Below are positions 20,665 through 24,000 of a stretch of DNA of 24,000 bases, piece by piece. The position numbers were made by a program, and so were the translations under genes. A model generated the notes under the pieces. That model was not told where the DNA came from and searched no databases. It saw only the letters and a list, made by a program, of their open reading frames with translations. Source of the stretch: Candidatus Saccharimonadales bacterium (GTDB taxonomy: Bacteria; Patescibacteriota; Saccharimonadia; Saccharimonadales; UBA4665); contig DATIIL010000005.1 of NCBI GenBank assembly GCA_035479655.1, forward strand, positions 166,213 to 190,212. Reading direction: 5' to 3'. How positions within the stretch are numbered: position 1 is the first letter of the stretch; each line of letters begins with the position of its first letter.

Positions 20665-22628
20665 GCTGTGGCCTCTAAATCTAGCTTTTTGATTTCTTCG
20701 GCCAGAATAACGTGCTCGGTCTCGTCCTGGTTCATGCGTATAATCACCACGGTAATAATGCCCAGCAAGCTCGCGGCCGCCAGCCACCAAATATGCCAGA
20801 TCATGGCAAAGCCAAAGGCCAGTGCCGCGCCGGCGATGTACAGGCCGGCACCCGTGTTCTTGGGCAGCACGATGTCTTCGTACTGTTTGCTAGTGGCGTT
20901 TTTGTGATGTTTGTCCTCCCAAAACTGATCGCGAGCGGTGATTTTGGGCGTTACTGCAAAATTGTAAAACGGCGGCGGCGAAGCGGTGGCCCACTCCAGT
21001 GTGCGGCCGTCCCATGGATCGCCGGTGACGAGGTTTTTCTTGCGCTGGATAATGCTAACCACAAACTGCAGAATTTGCAGGCCGATGCCGGCGCACACCA
21101 GCAGGACGCCCAGGCCAGCCACGGCAAATAGCCCTTGCCAACCCATCGACGGGTCATAGTGGTCCATGCGCCGGGTGGCGCCCATTAACCCCAAAATATA
21201 CAGCGGCGTAAAGGCGGTGAGGAAGCCAATCAGCCAGCACCAAAAGGCGTAGCGGCCCAGCCGTTCGTTGAGTTTAAAGCCGAAGATCTTGGGGAACCAG
21301 TAAGTAACGCCAGAGAAGAATCCAAACAGCACGCCGCCGATGATCATGGTGTGGAAGTGCGCCACCAAAAACAAGCTGTTGTGCAGCTGGAAATCGGCCG
21401 GCGGCATAGCCAGGATAACGCCAGCCACCCCTCCCAAGCTAAAGGTAGCCACAAAGCCGAGGAACCACAGCATGGGCGTGGTAAAGCGGATCCGCCCGCG
21501 GTACATCGTAAACAGCCAGTTGAAGATCTTAACCCCCGTCGGCACAGCGATGAGCATGGTCATAATGCCAAAGAAGGCGTTGACATCCGCCCCGGCGCCC
21601 ATGGTAAAGAAGTGGTGCAGCCAGACGGTGAACGACAGGAACACAATCGCCCAAATGGCCCACACCATGCTGGTGTAGCCGAACAGCCGTTTGCCGGAAA
21701 ACGTCGGTACAACCTCGGAGAAAATACCAAAGGCCGGCAAAATAAGAATATACACTTCTGGATGTCCCCACGCCCAAATCAGGTTCACATACATCATGGC
21801 ATTGCCGCCACCACCGGCCGTAAAGAAGTGCATACCGAGCGTCCGGTCCAGGTACAGCAGCGCCAGCGTAACCGTCAAAATGGGGAAGGCAAAAATGACC
21901 AGCGTCATGCTGCCCAGGATGCTCCAGCAGAACATCGGCAGTTTTTTGAGGTCCATACCCGGCGCACGCATTTTAATAATCGTCACCAAAAAGTTGATGC
22001 CCGATAGCAAACTGCCCACGCCGGCAATCTGCAGCGCCCAAATCCAGTAATCAACCCCAACGCCGGGACTGTACTGCAGCTCGCTGAGAGGCGGGTACGA
22101 CAGCCAGCCGGCGGCCGAGAACCCGCCAATCACTAAGGACGCATTCACCAGCACCACGCCGGCCATGTACAGCCAGAAGCTCATCGAGTTGAGGAAGGGG
22201 AAAGCCACATCGCGCGAGCCGATCTGCAGCGGCACAATCAGGTTAATGAGCCCGAACATCAGGCCCATGGCCACAAAGAAAATCATAATCGTGCCGTGCG
22301 CCGAGAAAATCTGCTGGAAATGGCTGGAGTCTAAAATGCCGTGCGAGGCGCCCACCGACGTGGCCTGTTGGGTGCGGATTAGCAGCGCATCGCCCACGCC
22401 GCGCACCAGCATCACTAGCGACGTAATGCAGTACATCACGCCGATCTTTTTGGGATCCAGTGAGGTAAACCACTCGCGCCACAAATATCCCCATTTGCGG
22501 AAGTAGGTGACCACCGCGATGCAGCCCAGCAGCCCCAGCACTAAAGACAGCGCGCCGCCAATAGTGATCGGATCGCTGGGGAGGGCGTTCAGCGTAAACT
22601 TGCCAAGCAGCGCGTTTGCAAACAGCAT
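20661..22628 (-). CDS. cyoB: Cytochrome o ubiquinol oxidase subunit I (heme-copper oxidase)
   Basis: A 655 aa protein with [17 protein letters not shown] and WLHHFFTMG, which carry the heme and CuB His ligands. Confidence 0.95.
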
Positions 22629-23539
22629 TAGTGCATCTCCATTTCGGTCGCGTTGCCCGAGGTTGCCGGCGCCATATACTGCATCATAACCGTATTATAT
22701 AGATTCGTGTCGGGCAGCGAATAGTACACCACCGGATTGTTCTGGCTGGGGTGCGCGAGCGTGGCGTAGGTGGCCTCGGTAAGCGTATTGGTGGTTTTTT
22801 GGGTGCGGGCGACCCAGGCGTTGAAATCAGCCGCAGAAGTCGCTTTGGCCGTAAAACGCATGCCGGAAAAACCAACGCCGCTAATATTGGCCGACGAACC
22901 AGGATAGCTGCCAACCTGCGTTGCTTCCAGATGCAACTGCGTGGACATGCCGGGCATGGCATAAATTTGCCCACCAAGTTTGGGAATCCAAAACGAGTTC
23001 ATGGGTGCGTCGGCGGTAATGTCGAACGTCACCGGCGTATTAACCGGGAGTTGCACGTAATTAACCGTGGCGATACGCTGGTCCGGATAAATAAACAGCC
23101 ACTTCCAGTCCAGAGCCACCACTTGGATAGTCAGCGGCTTGGCAGCCGAGCTGAGCGGTCGGAATGGGTCGAGCGAGTGCGAGCTGGTCCAGGTGACCAC
23201 CGACAGAATCAGTATCAGCACGCCGGGTATGCCCCACCATAGCGTCTCGGCCACCCGGCTGCGGTCAAGTTCTGGGCTGTACTTGGCTTTTACATTGCCG
23301 GCTCGGTAGCGCCAGGCAAACGCAAACAACATCACAAACACCGGCACAATCACAAACAGCGATAAGGCCAGGGCAAAAAGCATCAAATGTTTTTCTTGCT
23401 GGCCAATCGGCCCGGCTGGTGTGAGCAGCGCGAGGTGTGTGTGCCGCAGCACGGTAGCGACAATCGCGACAAATGCCGCCGCTAACAAGAGCACGCCTGC
23501 GGCGTACCATCCCGCGCTCAACTTCACCCTTCGCCCCAT
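22628..23539 (-). CDS. cyoA: Cytochrome o ubiquinol oxidase subunit II
   Basis: [25 protein letters not shown]...GVGFSGMRF closely parallels quinol-oxidase CyoA and lacks the CuA Cys/His ligands. The stop overlaps the cyoB start. TATAGT ends 8 nt before the ATG. Confidence 0.9.
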   Translation of the reverse strand: MGRRVKLSAGWYAAGVLLLAAAFVAIVATVLRHTHLALLTPAGPIGQQEKHLMLFALALSLFVIVPVFVMLFAFAWRYRAGNVKAKYSPELDRSRVAETLWWGIPGVLILILSVVTWTSSHSLDPFRPLSSAAKPLTIQVVALDWKWLFIYPDQRIATVNYVQLPVNTPVTFDITADAPMNSFWIPKLGGQIYAMPGMSTQLHLEATQVGSYPGSSANISGVGFSGMRFTAKATSAADFNAWVARTQKTTNTLTEATYATLAHPSQNNPVVYYSLPDTNLYNTVMMQYMAPATSGNATEMEMH

Positions 23540-23576
23540 ATGCTTTTACTATAGCATTTACATGGCCTTTAGGCGT

Positions 23577-23626
23577 GTAAAAAACCGTTGCCCGCTGTCA
23601 CATGCCCCTATGTCAGCGGGGAACGG
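23577..23626 (-). terminator. Rho-independent terminator upstream of the cyo operon
   Basis: The stems ccgtt.cccgctg and cagcggg.aacgg are followed by T6 on the minus strand. Confidence 0.65.
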
Positions 23627-23713
23627 CCAGGGGAAGTAAGGCGAGAGCAAATTGCACTCAAGCACAAACTCCCCCTGGAGCCCCTGTTACTGTTGGTGAG
23701 GTGGCTGCGCGCC

Positions 23714-23989
23714 TCAGCCCTGCAGAAACTGCAGTGCGTTCAGCGCGCCGGGCTCAGCGGCCATGATGGCTGTGAAGCCCCACAAGAAGACAGCCAGGGC
23801 CGCATAGCCAACGAAGACAACGGCGTTCAGCCGCTTGCTCATCGCCGGCTTGATGGTGGCGGCGGCCTCCAGCGTCTGCTTGAAGGACGGCGTCCGGTGG
23901 ACAAACTTGATGTCGCCCTCCTCGTTCTGCTCAAAGCCGACATGGCTCTTCTTCTTGCGGACAGTAGCGTACTCCGCAAAGTAATCCAA
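23714..23989 (-). CDS. GC-rich hypothetical single-TM protein (start uncertain, may extend past the window edge)
   Basis: The ORF-track start is a TTG 11 nt from the window end, and the frame stays open to the edge. The TM segment is AVVFVGYAALAVFLWGFTAIMAA. GC content is above the backbone. Confidence 0.55.
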   Translation of the reverse strand: MDYFAEYATVRKKKSHVGFEQNEEGDIKFVHRTPSFKQTLEAAATIKPAMSKRLNAVVFVGYAALAVFLWGFTAIMAAEPGALNALQFLQG

Positions 23990-24000
23990 AATCCCAAAAG

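Overview
The backbone is a roughly 50% GC bacterial chromosome segment. It carries bL32, NusB, a NUDIX hydrolase, RNase III, bS16, a KH protein, TrmD, Ni-SOD with its SodX protease, DUF1003, a UPF0104-like membrane protein, a cyoABCDE quinol oxidase operon, an LPXTG surface protein and a secreted repeat protein. The gene content and several leaderless-style promoters suggest a small-genome Gram-positive-type or Patescibacteria/Saccharibacteria-like organism; this taxonomy is inference only. I found no rRNA, tRNA, CRISPR array, transposase, integrase or reverse transcriptase.

The main feature is two minus-strand arrays of seven single-gene cassettes: 1-3234 (running off the left edge) and 11693-14707. 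Their ORFs are much more GC-rich than the backbone (about two-thirds GC by eye). Each cassette has the same layout:
- its own sigma70-type promoter (several are exact TTGACA-17-TATAAT);
- a conserved 5' box (GTACYTTAGCAGACA);
- a long leader hairpin with a GAGCTA/TAGCTC stem base;
- a strong SD followed by the ORF;
- an 80-100 nt imperfect 3' hairpin;
- a type III hammerhead ribozyme.

Six hammerheads have a complete CUGAUGA...GAAA core and one has a U4C variant core. Stem III of each hammerhead uses the distal arm of the 3' hairpin, so the two folds exclude each other. Each leader also carries a cassette-specific inverted repeat of a segment in its own 3' element.

The cargo ORFs fall into two unannotatable paralog families plus one small membrane protein. 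A separate 2.6 kb GC-rich two-gene island (XRE-like HTH protein plus GHKL/HATPase_c_3 ATPase) and array 2 together split the usually contiguous rpsP-KH-trmD cluster. All RNA and functional interpretations come from reading the sequence by eye and need covariance-model searches and cleavage assays.
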